A DNA stretch of 63,259 bases, the filler included, from Octopus bimaculoides (taxonomy: Eukaryota): assembly GCF_001194135.2 (NCBI RefSeq). It is 3 parts of 3 records of this genome, joined end to end, with 100 filler letters (N's around TTAATTAATTAA, not from the genome) between each part and the next. Parts side by side here need not be neighbours in the genome. Positions count along the whole stretch, not along the records: positions 16,431 to 37,034 come from NC_068997.1; positions 37,135 to 63,259 come from NC_068984.1; 1 more part is not named here. The stretch is one strand, 5' to 3'. The notes below the pieces were generated by a model, which was given only the letters and a program-made list of their open reading frames with translations, was not told where the DNA came from and did no database searches. Of this stretch, positions 34,081 through 46,414 are shown one piece after another. The position numbers were made by a program, and so were the translations under genes. Position 1 is the stretch's first letter. The number at the start of each line of letters is the position of its first letter.

Positions 34081-35442
34081 CGATAAAGTAAGAGATAAAT
34101 TGCACCAATACCAACCAATCAGAGTGGTAGACACAATGGGGTCCAAAACAGCCCCAAAGGTTAGCTATTACCTGCTAGGTTTGTATGTCTGTTATATAAT
34201 AGAGAGAGAAAGTTCACTAGAGTTCGCTACAGTTGTATTCGAAAGCCAAAAGATGTTTTTTTTAGCTGAGGTATAATTTCGGAACATAAGACTTACCATG
34301 TTATCTGGTGTATGGCCGAATTCAAATGGGTAGGAGACCTAAAACAAATGTGTTTGTATGTGTGTGTGTGGTTGGTTGGGCCTGGGGTCAATTTCTATCC
34401 AATCCTAGAAAGGCATTCAAATAGTCAGCCACTCCGAAAAGACAGTTTCATACCGTCATCTTTCTCTTCCTTTTTCTCTCACTCTCTCTCTTTCTCTTTC
34501 ATTTCTTCTCTCCCTTGCTCGACACATGAGTCAGATTTAAGTATCTTAATTTTCTGATTAAGATAATTGCTGCTTCGGTAGCCCAGTAGGCATGGGTGTT
34601 GAGAAGTGGTAATACAATACATAGGTGGTGGTTTCAAATCTCTTTCAGAGATTACAAGAAATCTAGTTAAAAACTTTTAATTTAAACAACAAAATTTCTT
34701 TCAACAATTTCTTTCTTTTAAGTGTGACACATGCGGCAGGTACGTACAAAAAAACAAATTGGCATATTAATATTATTGATGATACAAAGTTAGTTAGAAA
34801 GAGAGACATATTGTTGAGAACAATAGATTTCGTTGGGGGTACCTGTTAGCTCAATTTTAACTTTTTATGGCCTTGAAGAGGTCAAGAGGGTCAAGTGGTA
34901 AAGACATAAATCAGTTTAGCAAAGCCATATATTAAGTGTAACTTGCTGTCAACCATTGTTTCTCTGTAAGAAAAGTGCTGTTGAAATGTTAAGGGAAATT
35001 GATAGATTCTGGTTTGAATTTACTCTATACCTAAATGAGATCACTACATGTTCCTCAACCAAATGATGTGGGAAAGCACATCTCAATGGTGTGTATTTAT
35101 ATATGTGTGTATGAACATGCAAATAGGAAGATTAAATTAAAATTGTGTTACTTCTTATAACTTCAAATTTCCACTATAATTTCACCATCATCACTACAAG
35201 CATTGTTAAGAAGAAAAAAAATTTACACAAAGACACCCGTCAAAAGGTAAATACACTTCAAGGAAGATATAAACCTGGGCCACACCACCATCATCACAAA
35301 ATGGTAGCTGAGTTATGTTCGTGCATAACCCAGTAAATAAAAAAAAATTACGGAAATCAACAAGCAACCAGTTGATCCAATGACAGTTCTGCGGGTCAAA
35401 ACGAAAGGTCGCCCAATATGTTTTATCACTACTGTAGTCACC

Positions 35443-35806
35443 GTGGAGGCGCAATGGCCTAGTGGTTAGGGCAGCGGACTCGCGGTCATAGGATCGCGGG
35501 TTTCGATTCCCAGACCGAGCGTTGTGAGTGTTTATTGAGCGAAAACACCTAAAAGCTCCACAAGGCTCCGACAGGGGATGGTGGCGAACCCTGCTGTACT
35601 CTTTCATCACAACTTTCTCTCACTCTTTCTTCCTGTTTCTGTTGAGCCTGTAATTCAAAGGGTCAGCCTTGTCACACTGTGTCACGCTGAATATCCCGTG
35701 TCTGTGGGGTGCTCAGCCACTTGCTCGTTAATTTCACGAGCAGGCTGTTCCGTTGATCAGATCAACTGAAACCCGCGACGTCGTAAGCGACGGAGTGCCA
35801 GCAACA
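35443..35806 (+). mobile_element. SINE-D, tRNA-derived, full length with 12-bp TSD
   Basis: A-box TGGCCTAGTGG, B-box GGTTTCGATTCC, (CAA) tail. TSD ACTGTAGTCACC at 35431-35442 and 35807-35818. Second copy at 57736-58129. Confidence 0.92.
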
Positions 35807-35913
35807 ACTGTAGTCACCAAACAAACAAGCTAGATATAAACCATTACTGCCACCATATGTACAGCGTAGCCGACTTATGCTGGTGACTGACTGTTTTAAA
35901 CTTCCTTTTACAG

Positions 35914-36002
35914 GTGTGCTGTAATCTACCTTTGCGCGTGTAGTTGTCTATCTACGCATGTCTATGAGACATACAGAACTGTCCTACATACAAAGTAATC
36001 AG
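35914..36002 (+). other. Candidate 89-bp exon (possibly 5'UTR plus start, MSMRHTELSYIQSNQ)
   Basis: CTGAC branch-like motif, CTTCCTTTTACAG acceptor, CAG|GTAACT donor; the ATG frame is open to the donor. Confidence 0.3.
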
Positions 36003-36799
36003 GTAACTTTTCATAACTTCACATTTTTTTTTTTGGTCTTTCAAAATTATTATTATTATCGTAATTCACTTCTTTCAAATTGCTTTGAAGAGAAACTTCT
36101 ATTTCCTCTTCTTTTAGCTTGCAGCTATCGTTTTATTTACATCCCTAATAGTTTTAACAAAAGTCTGATCGTAATAACCTTCTCTCTAAAGTTTCTGTGA
36201 CGCTGAAAATATAGCTACTTGTATTGCGAGTTTGTTACTAGTTTGCTAGGAGAAATAACGATGATAATTGTATTAATAATTTTTTTTTGTATTTATTATT
36301 CTTAGAACATGATTATGTTTTACCCCTGTATCATTAGAGACGATGAAGTAAGTGATAGGGTTGTTGTAATGGTGACCGGTAATAAAGTCAATTAATTTAT
36401 GGAATCCCCCTTGGACAACCCCGCCCCGGACAAAATCCCTGTGACTTCTTTTCCATGACTTTTTTTTTTACCTGGATTCGTTGTAATGAATTATACGTCT
36501 TTAACTCAATACAGAGTGAATAATATAAAAAATAATTAAAATATTGTTGTAAAACCCCCTAAATTTAAGGATGAGGTTGTAATTAATCAAATCGTTCCTA
36601 CTATGTATTTTTTCAATACCGGAATCACGAAAGGCAACGGTTAACATAGGGTTTTGATCTTGGAAGTAGAAAGTTTTAGTTAACTGCTCATACCATCTAG
36701 AATCTTCATCTACGGAGGTATCTCCATTCCCCATGTCAGAAATTAAGCAGAGTATGCACTTAGCCACAAAATCTCACACACTTGCGCGCGCGTATACTT

Positions 36800-37015
36800 T
36801 TATTCTTTTACTCGTTTCAGTCATTTGACCGTGGCCATGCTGAGGCACCGCCTTAGAGGGTTTTAGTCGAAGAAATCGACCCCAGGACTTATTCTTTGTA
36901 AGCTTAGTACTTCCTCTATCGGACTCTTTTTTTTTTGCCGAAACGCTAAGTTATGTAGACATAAACACACCAGCATCGGTTGTCAAATGATGGTGGGGGG
37001 CAAACATACACACAA
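36800..37015 (-). mobile_element. SINE-B 3' half
   Basis: Matches 8581-8800 and runs into (TA)n and a gap. Confidence 0.85.
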
Positions 37016-37134
37016 ATATATATATATATATATANNNNNNNNNNNNNNNNNNNNNNNNNNNNNNNNNNNNNNNNNNNNTTAATTAATTAANNNNNNNNNN
37101 NNNNNNNNNNNNNNNNNNNNNNNNNNNNNNNNNN

Positions 37135-37185
<51 letters not shown>

Positions 37186-37681
37186 ACACATGTATGTATG
37201 AGTTGTTCATCTGATTTCAAGGTTAAAATAGAAACATTATTATCCATTACGTAATTAATATTGAATAATGCAAAATTCGTTAATTTGAATGAGCTTGCTA
37301 GATACTTTCATCGGAAAGTAAATTTGAGATAAAACCAGGATTTTTTTTTCTTTAAAGATGTAACATACAATGAGAATCGAAACGGACTGAACTGGGCACA
37401 TATAAATGCACCATAAGCATGTTGGTTACCATAGACATATGTAATTATCATAAATAGCCCTGTAGTGATTTCAGGACGTTAATGCATATCTAATGAAAAT
37501 AGCAAGACTTAAATCATTTGAGGGCAATACTTGCGTTGTGTATGGATCATTATAACAACATGCAATAACGAGAATCAAGACTATCCGCAACAATACCTAA
37601 GGAATACGCATATAATCAATCAGATGGCTACGATGGCTACATTAGACTGTGGTGAAACCCTCGGTGGAGAATGATGCTGCT

Positions 37682-38125
37682 GGACGGTCATATATGTAGC
37701 AGCAGGATTCGAATCTTTACAATACTTCCAGAAAGAATCAGCACCTATTACTGACCTCCTAATTACCGCTCCCACTACCACCACCACCGTATATAATCCT
37801 ATGGATTACTTCGTGTGGGGCGTGGTAGCGGAAGAAATCAACCGCTCTACCCGCAAGCAAAATCCTGAGTGAGTGGTCAAGCTGAGTTCGAATATCTTCC
37901 TGGAGACGCAGTGAGAAATGCATGCGCCAGAATGTGTAGCGGTGTTGAAGCCATTGTGAAAGCTGAGGGGGTCTACTTTGAGAAAATTGCTATCGCCCAG
38001 CCATGGTCCACTGAAAAGTTTTAGGTTTTTTAGAAATACTTTTATTTTCAGATGGGATTTTATGTTTTCTTTTCCATTTATGCAAAAAGTCGAATGTAGC
38101 CCGAACACTTGGTTTACATGCACAC
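37682..38125 (+). pseudogene. Tc1/mariner (mariner/maT-like DDD) transposase C-terminal relic plus right end
   Basis: GRSYM*QQDS...NPMDYFVWGVVAEEINR...LPGDAVRNACARMCSGVEAIVKAEGVYFE; the third catalytic residue is D. Confidence 0.82.
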
Positions 38126-38394
38126 ATAAAAGTGCGCATATACATACGTATATACATGTGTACATATGGATATAGTGTTATATCTGTACCACAAGTAGGC
38201 GTGTGTGCGCGTGTATTCATGTGTATGTACGTGTGTGTTGGGCCCTCGTTTCTATGTTATTGTCTACTTTCTTTGAAGCTTTAAATATATGTTATTGTTT
38301 TATTGTATTGTGAAATCTTTGTAATCTAATATATGTTGAGTCCTTGTAACAGCTAAATAAACCTTAAGATGTAATGTATTTTTCCTTGACGAAC

Positions 38395-39500
38395 TTGTGA
38401 CATTAAAGACGCCATCGTCCTCATCGCCTTCACTACCAACATTACGCTCATCAGCAACATCACCGCTAGTATTAGTAAGAACAACAAAACAAGCACTAAC
38501 ACTACCATCAACGACTCCATTACTAAAATAGCGCCAGCAACACCACAGCTACCATCATCACCAGTACAATCACAATCAATAGTATGGCTATCACTGCCAT
38601 CACCATATGTTTTATCAATAACTCTACTAATACCATCACTATTTTTCTTTTCTATTACTCTTGTATTTGTTGAGATAAATGAACCGAAATTAAAACACAG
38701 TAACCGATAGATATTATAGATAAATACTACGTAGTCTATACATAATACTATCGTCTGCATCTGTGTCTGTAAGTAAGTAACAATGCTCTTGTTAAAAGCA
38801 CCTATGGGGTATATCAATCAACTAGGAAATAGTCGACTGAAGAGATTACAACGATAATGCAGAATTGCTCGTTTCTTACTCAAAGATTATCTCACCAGCG
38901 AATCTGACATATGACTGAAGCACAAAAACACTAATTGTTTCCTCCCGTGTATATGTTGCTGTACTAAAATATCTTCCTTGTTCTTTCTTTCCATTATCAT
39001 TTTATCTCTCTATCTGCTTTACTGTTTATTTTTCCTCCTCTTACTCTGTTCCCATTTTCTCCTACACTTCCTTTTACAAATTTTCACCGCCATCTTCATT
39101 GGCTCTTTCCTGAAATCATTCAACCTTTCTCTCTTTCTCTCTTTCTTTCTAGGTCTTCATATATCTTCTGCTATCCTTTTCCAGCTACCTTTTTTCCCCC
39201 TGCCTTTATTTTTGGTTCATTTGCTCTTTTACTCTACCGATGACATTATCTTATGCCTTTCACCACTCCTCTTCATATTCTATTTATCCCTTCATATCTA
39301 CAAATCCATATCAAGCTCTCCTCTCGTCATTTAAACTTTCGTTGCTATACTCTTTACACTGTCTGCATATATTTCTTCAGTTATATACCTCATATTTCTT
39401 TTTCTATTTTGTTATATATTATAGAACATTTATGCTCTCATTCAATTTTTGATTTTTTTCTTTTCTACTCTTTTATGCTTAGTTACATATGTAAATATGT
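38395..39500. repeat. Low-complexity DNA: degenerate (CAT/CAC/TAC)n, then a long pyrimidine-rich tract
   Basis: Directly visible composition bias. Confidence 0.7.
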
Positions 39501-39896
39501 GTGTACATATGTAAATGCAAGCGTATATAATTTCTGTCTAAACACTTGACATTTTAAAATAGACATTTTTCAGGCACTGCTAGAAGTATCAGCTACAATA
39601 TCCTAACGACCAATTCTAATAAATATTGGGTCCATCGGAAAATACATGCCGTAATACACTACGCTTGAAGGTAAATGGAATAGTCAACACTGGAGTGCAT
39701 CTGGCCACAGGTCTGCTTGATAAGAATCGACTGGCGCTTAACGATAAGATACACACCATATCAACATTGTAGTTTCTTAAATTTAATTTAGAAGGTATTA
39801 CGTATTACATTTCTGTTTGAACATCTGTTTGAACCATTAGTGTGTTAGTATGTGGACGGACAGTTTTCTTTTCCAATATAATAACGTGTCTATATA

Positions 39897-39898
<2 letters not shown>

Positions 39899-39984
<86 letters not shown>
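39899..39984. repeat. (TC)n microsatellite
   Basis: Directly visible. Confidence 0.95.
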
Positions 39985-39989
<5 letters not shown>

Positions 39990-40817
39990 CAGACTGTCAG
40001 ATACCGGCCATGATGAATACCACAAGGTATTCAAAATACGCATTCGCCTTTATGTATTTAATCCTTTATACTGAACACTCAATATTTCATATATTCAATA
40101 AGACATATTCCATATATTCAATATAAGACATTCAATACTTCATTTCATTGTACCATCCATTTTTATATTATATATTATATATTCCATATTCTATATCCCA
40201 CATTAATTTTAAAAGAATATAAATAAAACATAAAAAACAGAGTTGGAACACTTTTAAATAAAATACTATATATATATATACACACACACACAAACACGCA
40301 TATGTCTACACACACACACATATATATATGTGTGTGTGCGTGTGTGTATGTGTGTGTATGTGTGTGTATGTGTGTGTGTATGTGTGTGTATGTGTGTGTG
40401 TGTGCGTGTGTAGGAAAAACACAATTTATACAATTTATATTATAAACACAGTTTAATATCATTTGTTCCAATGTACCTTTCACCATTGTAGATATTTAGA
40501 ACTTTGCATTGGAAGTTCAACTACGATAAACTACAAACTAAATAAATAGCAGTCGTAAATATATTTGTACACTCAAAACATAATATATACAATATATATA
40601 TACATATGTATATAAGGATATACATATATATATTCATATATACATAATATATATACCAACATCGTTATGGCTTAACAGCCCTCACCGTTTCTTTTTACTG
40701 TTTTGTTCTTACTGTTCTGTTTTTGTTACCACTGTAACCCTCAGCAAAAAGTCTCAGATTTTATTGAATTTGCTTTCCGGGAAGGACTGTCTTAACGGAG
40801 TCGCGTCTTGTCCCTAC

Positions 40818-41040
40818 CTTCGAAACTCGGAGTAGATAAAACAGGGGACAACTGATGAAGAGAATGTTCTTTATGTTAACTTCATCGTTTCTCTATTTGT
40901 TTCTTTCGCTGTTCGAAAACATGTTCGTTTTCTATGCTTTTGTTTTTTATGTTCTCGTTTCTCATTTTGTCCACATTTTTTGACGTCTTGTACCCATATA
41001 TGCATGTATATATACATATATATATGGACGCATGTACATG
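40818..41040 (+). mobile_element. Interspersed repeat homologous to 4701-4870 (Penelope-like end)
   Basis: Shared CTTCGAAAC / CTGATGAAG / GTCTTGTACCCA motifs. Confidence 0.4.
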
Positions 41041-41834
41041 TATTTGTGTATATATGCATATATACATATATATCATTTATATTATATACATATATATATA
41101 TATATATATATACATGTCTATATATGTATATATATATATATGTATGTATGTACGTATGTATGTATGCATAAATACTTATATACGAACATAAATAAATAAG
41201 TATGCGTAAATGAATGCATACATACACATATATGTTTGAGCGTGGATATAGATGTGTTCTGTAACTTTTTAGCAAATGTTGAATAATATTCGCAGATAAT
41301 TAAAATTTAACTTTAAGTTCAAAATTGAAATCTTCATATTAGGATTATAAATAATATTAAAGCCCATAAGAACAAATATTACACCTACACCTTAGCGAGG
41401 TCAGTTAATTTGGATGTCCCTACTCCTATGTAATTGCTAGAAAAACAAGAAATGTTAACCTAAAATCTTTTAAATCACGTCCTATCTATTCACATGTTTG
41501 TGTTAAAAACAACGAACACATTTAAATGTGAACGCGTTGACATATTGAACTGGAAATTTGAATATTGAAATGTCACTTCTGATATAGGCAGATATGTTCT
41601 ACTGATCAAGTTCGACTTAAGGATAATTAGCATCAATAATCTGATTGGGAACAGCATCAGTTAGGATACGTAAACCAATGCGTGAGTTGGATATGCAAGA
41701 AGACTAAAAGAAAGATAAATCTCTGAGATACAGTGGTACCGAATACACTTGCGTTGTCCTTTGAATGGATTGCTATCAATCAATCACCAAGTTTCGATTG
41801 ATTGAATCAGTTCATCTATTTACTAAGAACTTGT

Positions 41835-41991
41835 TTTTAGTGGATGTGAGGTAAGACGTTTGCATCTAACCTCTTGCTTCTGAGTTCAGTTCCCCTGCGT
41901 GGTACCTAGCGCAAGTATCATCTACTATATCATCGTGCCTACTAAAACCTAGTGAGTTGATCAGGCACACAGAAACTGAAAGCGCATCGTG

Positions 41992-41995
<4 letters not shown>
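41835..41995 (+). mobile_element. SINE-B 5' half running into (TA)n and a gap
   Basis: Degenerate head ...GAGTTCAGTTCCCCTGCGTGGTACCTAGCGCAAG...CAGAAACTGAAAG. Confidence 0.7.
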
Positions 41996-42042
<47 letters not shown>

Positions 42043-43452
42043 NNNNNNNNNNNNNNNNNNNNNNNNNNNNNNNNNNNNNNNNNNNNNNNNNNNNNNNNNN
42101 NNNNNNNNNNNNNNNNNNNNNNNNNNNNNNNNNNNNNNNNNNNNNNNNNNNNNNNNNNNNNNNNNNNNNNNNNNNNNNNNNNNNNNNNNNNNNNNNNNNN
42201 NNNNNNNNNNNNNNNNNNNNNNNNNNNNNNNNNNNNNNNNNNNNNNNNNNNNNNNNNNNNNNNNNNNNNNNNNNNNNNNNNNNNNNNNNNNNNNNNNNNN
42301 NNNNNNNNNNNNNNNNNNNNNNNNNNNNNNNNNNNNNNNNNNNNNNNNNNNNNNNNNNNNNNNNNNNNNNNNNNNNNNNNNNNNNNNNNNNNNNNNNNNN
42401 NNNNNNNNNNNNNNNNNNNNNNNNNNNNNNNNNNNNNNNNNNNNNNNNNNNNNNNNNNNNNNNNNNNNNNNNNNNNNNNNNNNNNNNNNNNNNNNNNNNN
42501 NNNNNNNNNNNNNNNNNNNNNNNNNNNNNNNNNNNNNNNNNNNNNNNNNNNNNNNNNNNNNNNNNNNNNNNNNNNNNNNNNNNNNNNNNNNNNNNNNNNN
42601 NNNNNNNNNNNNNNNNNNNNNNNNNNNNNNNNNNNNNNNNNNNNNNNNNNNNNNNNNNNNNNNNNNNNNNNNNNNNNNNNNNNNNNNNNNNNNNNNNNNN
42701 NNNNNNNNNNNNNNNNNNNNNNNNNNNNNNNNNNNNNNNNNNNNNNNNNNNNNNNNNNNNNNNNNNNNNNNNNNNNNNNNNNNNNNNNNNNNNNNNNNNN
42801 NNNNNNNNNNNNNNNNNNNNNNNNNNNNNNNNNNNNNNNNNNNNNATACATATATATATATATATATATCTGTATACATATATATAATTATTACTATGAG
42901 AAATAGGAGAAAAAATATTGTGGATACTTATTTTATTTGTATCACAATTTGAAAATACAGAAAAGTTTAATACAAATAAAATTTAAATGGACATACATTA
43001 ACGTAAAATAAAATACATTATGTATAAGAGGTGCCTACTCATGTTTTAAATCTGGTCGCTATGTGAACAGTGCTTCGGAATATTCAAACCATGTTAATAG
43101 TTTTAGACGTAAAAAATAACAACAAAGTGTCGAGGTATCTTCAGGGCTGTCGCATTCAAATGGTTAATGCTTACATATTTTTCTCATATGAATACAAGCT
43201 GGTGGTACAGAGCTTTGTAGAGAAGATGAATGAGGACTACATATTCATATGTTGCTTACCTACGTCATGTAAACATTTGTTTGTTTGAAAAGGTTATTAA
43301 CTAGTTAAAACTTTCTAAAAACCTATTAAGGCTTTTAAAAAGAGACGGTTATTTGTTTAGATGGACAGTATGCAACCATCTAAAAGAATACATGGATGTT
43401 TAAAGGCTGCGAGTGACTGTGAAGACGTTAAGTAAAATATATATGTATAAGG

Positions 43453-43484
<32 letters not shown>

Positions 43485-43759
43485 NNNNNNNNNNNNNNNN
43501 NNNNNNNNNNNNNNNNNNNNNNNNNNNNNNNNNNNNNNNNNNNNNNNNNNNNNNNNNNNNNNNNNNNNNNNNNNNNNNNNNNNNNNNNNNNNNNNNNNNN
43601 NNNNNNNNNNNNNNNNNNNNNNNNNNNNNNNNNNNNNNNNNNNNNNNNNNNNNNNNNNNNNNNNNNNNNNNNNNNNNNNNNNNNNNNNNNNNNNNNNNNN
43701 NNNNNATATATATACATTTATGTATGTGAGTGAATGGGTGAGTGTGTGTATGTATGCGT

Positions 43760-43930
43760 GTGTGTGTGTGTTTGTGTCAGTGTTTATCCACTACCACCAC
43801 TTGACAAGCGCTCTAGTGTGTTTATGTCCCTGTAATTTAGCAGTTCAGCAAAAGTGCAATAGAGTAAGTACCAGGCTTAAAAGAAAATAGAAGTACTCGA
43901 GTCGAATCATTTGATTAAGAATACTTCAAG
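43760..43930 (+). mobile_element. SINE-B 3' half
   Basis: CACTTGACAAGCG...TTAGCAGTTCAGCAAAAG...AAGTACCAGGCTT. Confidence 0.65.
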
Positions 43931-44289
43931 TTGAATGAAGCAAACAAAACAAAATATGAAAGATAGCCAAAATCATTACGTTTATTCTTGAATTTTTTAT
44001 TTTGTATAACTTCTGATAATTCGTATCTACTTAAAAAGCATTGTACCTTGTTTAACTCGGTAAAACATAAAGAAACAATCTCAAACCCGTGTGTGTATGA
44101 GTGTGTGTTCGTGCATGTATGTATATATGTACACACGTATGTATGTATATAGTATGTATGTATGCATATAATACTTTCGGTGTTTAATTTGAATTTTCAC
44201 CACTGTGAATGCAGTTTAGAAAAGACCAGTGTTCATATATAGACGCCAGCATGGCTGTGTAGTTAAAAAGTTCGCTTTGTAACCACATG

Positions 44290-46170
44290 ATTTCTGAACC
44301 TCATCTGGCCAGGTGCTTTCCAGTTAGGAATTCTCCTGCACTGTTCTCTAATCATTTCCTCGATTATTCTCAAATCCTACTGCTAATACTCTCCACTCTC
44401 CTCTGTGAGTGTGTTTAACCACTCTGCTTCAGTTTCGTGTTGTTTCTCCTGAGACCCTTTTTTTGCCCAGAATCTTTTGTTCGCTTCATCATCCGGCACG
44501 GCTTTTTCACGTTTTTCATTCCCATCCAGTTCCTGATAGACTCTTTTTTAATTAACCCCCCCCCCCCGGCGCAAAAATTGTTTAATCTGCATTGCTTAAT
44601 TCTCTGTTTTATGCCTATTTCATCTAATTTTTAGCAATAGTTCCTAATGCACCTATAACATCGGGGATACATTTTATTCGCACTGTCCATAGTTTCTGTA
44701 ACTCAATGGCCAGTTCCTGGTGCTTTGCTCTTTTCTCTATATCTCTCGTACTCACTTTCTCATAATTTGGAATTATAAAGTCAATTATCTGGCACTTCTA
44801 CTCTCTTTGTGCACTACTACTAAATCAAGTCAGCTACCTTCTAGTATTCTCTCCGTATGAATGATAATGTCCTACAACATCTTATATTTTCTTGAAGTCC
44901 CACAACATCATATATTTATTATTATTTCTTTTCTTTTTATTTCAGGTTTTGTTGTAACTCCTGGAGTCTTGCATGTGTAGCGGGCTTCCTGCCTGAAACA
45001 TGCTAGGACACCAAGCTATCCGTTCTTTTCAACTAATACTTTCCTCATTATTTTTGCCGTGCCAAAGAGGCAAAGCTTTTGTAACAGTTCTATGGGACAC
45101 TCTAACCGATTTCCTTTACTTTCCTTTTGATGCATCCCGATGCTGCCCCAAGGACCCAGCAATAACTGTTATTGTCTTCATCTTTTCATTTTCCATAGCC
45201 GGGCTTTTTCGTACTTCAGAGAGTTGTATTTATTAATTTCCCGCCTTCCTTCCTGACTATTCGTGAGACAAAGGGGCATGCAACATCAACTATATAGCAC
45301 ATGTAGAGTATATTGTCGACCACCACTAGGCCCGGTCTGTTACAATCTACAGCTGATCTGTTAGAATTTGGAAATCCTTGATGATTTTGCAAGTCTCCAA
45401 CTCCGCCACCCTCTGCGTGTTGTTCTCATACCACTTCTTTCCTTTCTCTAGTCCATACTTTTCGCATAGGTTTCATTGTAGAACTTTCAATACCTGAACG
45501 TGTCGCCTCAATTTGCAGTGATTTGGGGCAAATTTAAAGCTTCCGTTCGTGATATGGGTAATGGCTTCGTCCACTTCATTACAGATGCGGCATAGCGGAG
45601 ACACTGGCTCATTCCTAAAGCTGACCCTCCAGTTTGTGGCCAAAGCTTGGACTTGCTCTACCAGTATAGCGCTATCAGTCTCATTTGTTCCGTGCTCCTT
45701 TCTTCAACCAAACCCATCTATGTTCTCCAGCAAATTTAGTTGTGGCTACATGGAATTGTGTAGCCCATTGTTTCGTAATACTTTTCCATGTCCGTTTGTA
45801 CTTCTTCCTTTGTTTTCTTTGTTTTCTGCTTTCAGTACTCCTTCATTTCCTTACTTTTGGATTGTTATCTCATTAAGCTCCTGAGTTCCATACGTACACA
45901 GTCTTCCACACTTATCAGCCCCTTTCCTCCATTTGCTCTCTTCATGTATAGGCGATCACTGTTTGCACACGGATGATCAGTTCCATGCATGTTTAGGTGC
46001 TTTCTTGTCTTCCTGTCCAACTCCTCTAGCTCTTCTTCTGTCTACTTCAGGATTGCCGTGCCATACCGAACTACTGCGACTGCGCTCGAGTTTATTGCCG
46101 AAATTATGTTTTTTGGTATTTAGCTTTGAAAGCAATATTTTTTTCACTTGATGCAGGTACTCTCCCTTTG
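44290..46170 (-). pseudogene. Stack of three R4/Dong-like LINE fragments
   Basis: 46170-44915: RT thumb (ELDRKTRKHLNMHGTDHP..DRLYMKRANGGKGLISVEDC), zinc knuckle (CRICNEVDEAITH), REL region and A-rich tail. 44900-44600: second REL fragment (DLVVVHKE...IIDFIIP...VIGALGTI). 44550-44290: RT N-terminus (IPNWKAPG). Confidence 0.85.
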
Positions 46171-46173
46171 TCT

Positions 46174-46414
46174 TTTTCGGCTAATCTCATTCTCATTCTT
46201 TTGTTTCAAATTATAATGATTCATGGAACCAATCTTAACTCTAAGTTTCCTTAAACAAAAGAGGGTCAAGATAATTTTTTCTTGTGTAGGTCTCTCATCT
46301 CTCGTACGTAATGCTTCCTCGAAAATTCAACATTATAGACCATTAGCAATTAGTATAGTACTGCTTTTTCTGCCTGCATCATCCAAATACAGGCACTCTA
46401 TGTGGTTATTAAGG
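46174..46414. repeat. 241-bp inverted repeat, left arm (right arm 50917-51157)
   Basis: Ungapped reverse-complement alignment with ~16 mismatches counted by eye. Confidence 0.9.

Larger units (their letters stand above)
29027..34782 (-). mobile_element. Non-autonomous Helitron with nested insertions
   Basis: The minus strand starts TC (34782) and ends with hairpin CCGTGAAtttTTCACGG (29037-29053) plus TTAG. It sits between A and T with no TSD, confirmed by the empty paralogue at 24489|24490. Confidence 0.88.

Noticed and set aside
35443-35520. Functional tRNA gene (likewise the heads at ~58055-58129 and ~8945-9016)
   Set aside because: A/B boxes are present but there is no proper acceptor stem. 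Each continues into a SINE body with a tail, and the 35443 copy has a TSD.
38353-38817. 154-aa hydrophobic ORF and the neighbouring 38978-39549 ORFs as membrane proteins
   Set aside because: They derive from degenerate trinucleotide and pyrimidine-rich low-complexity DNA.
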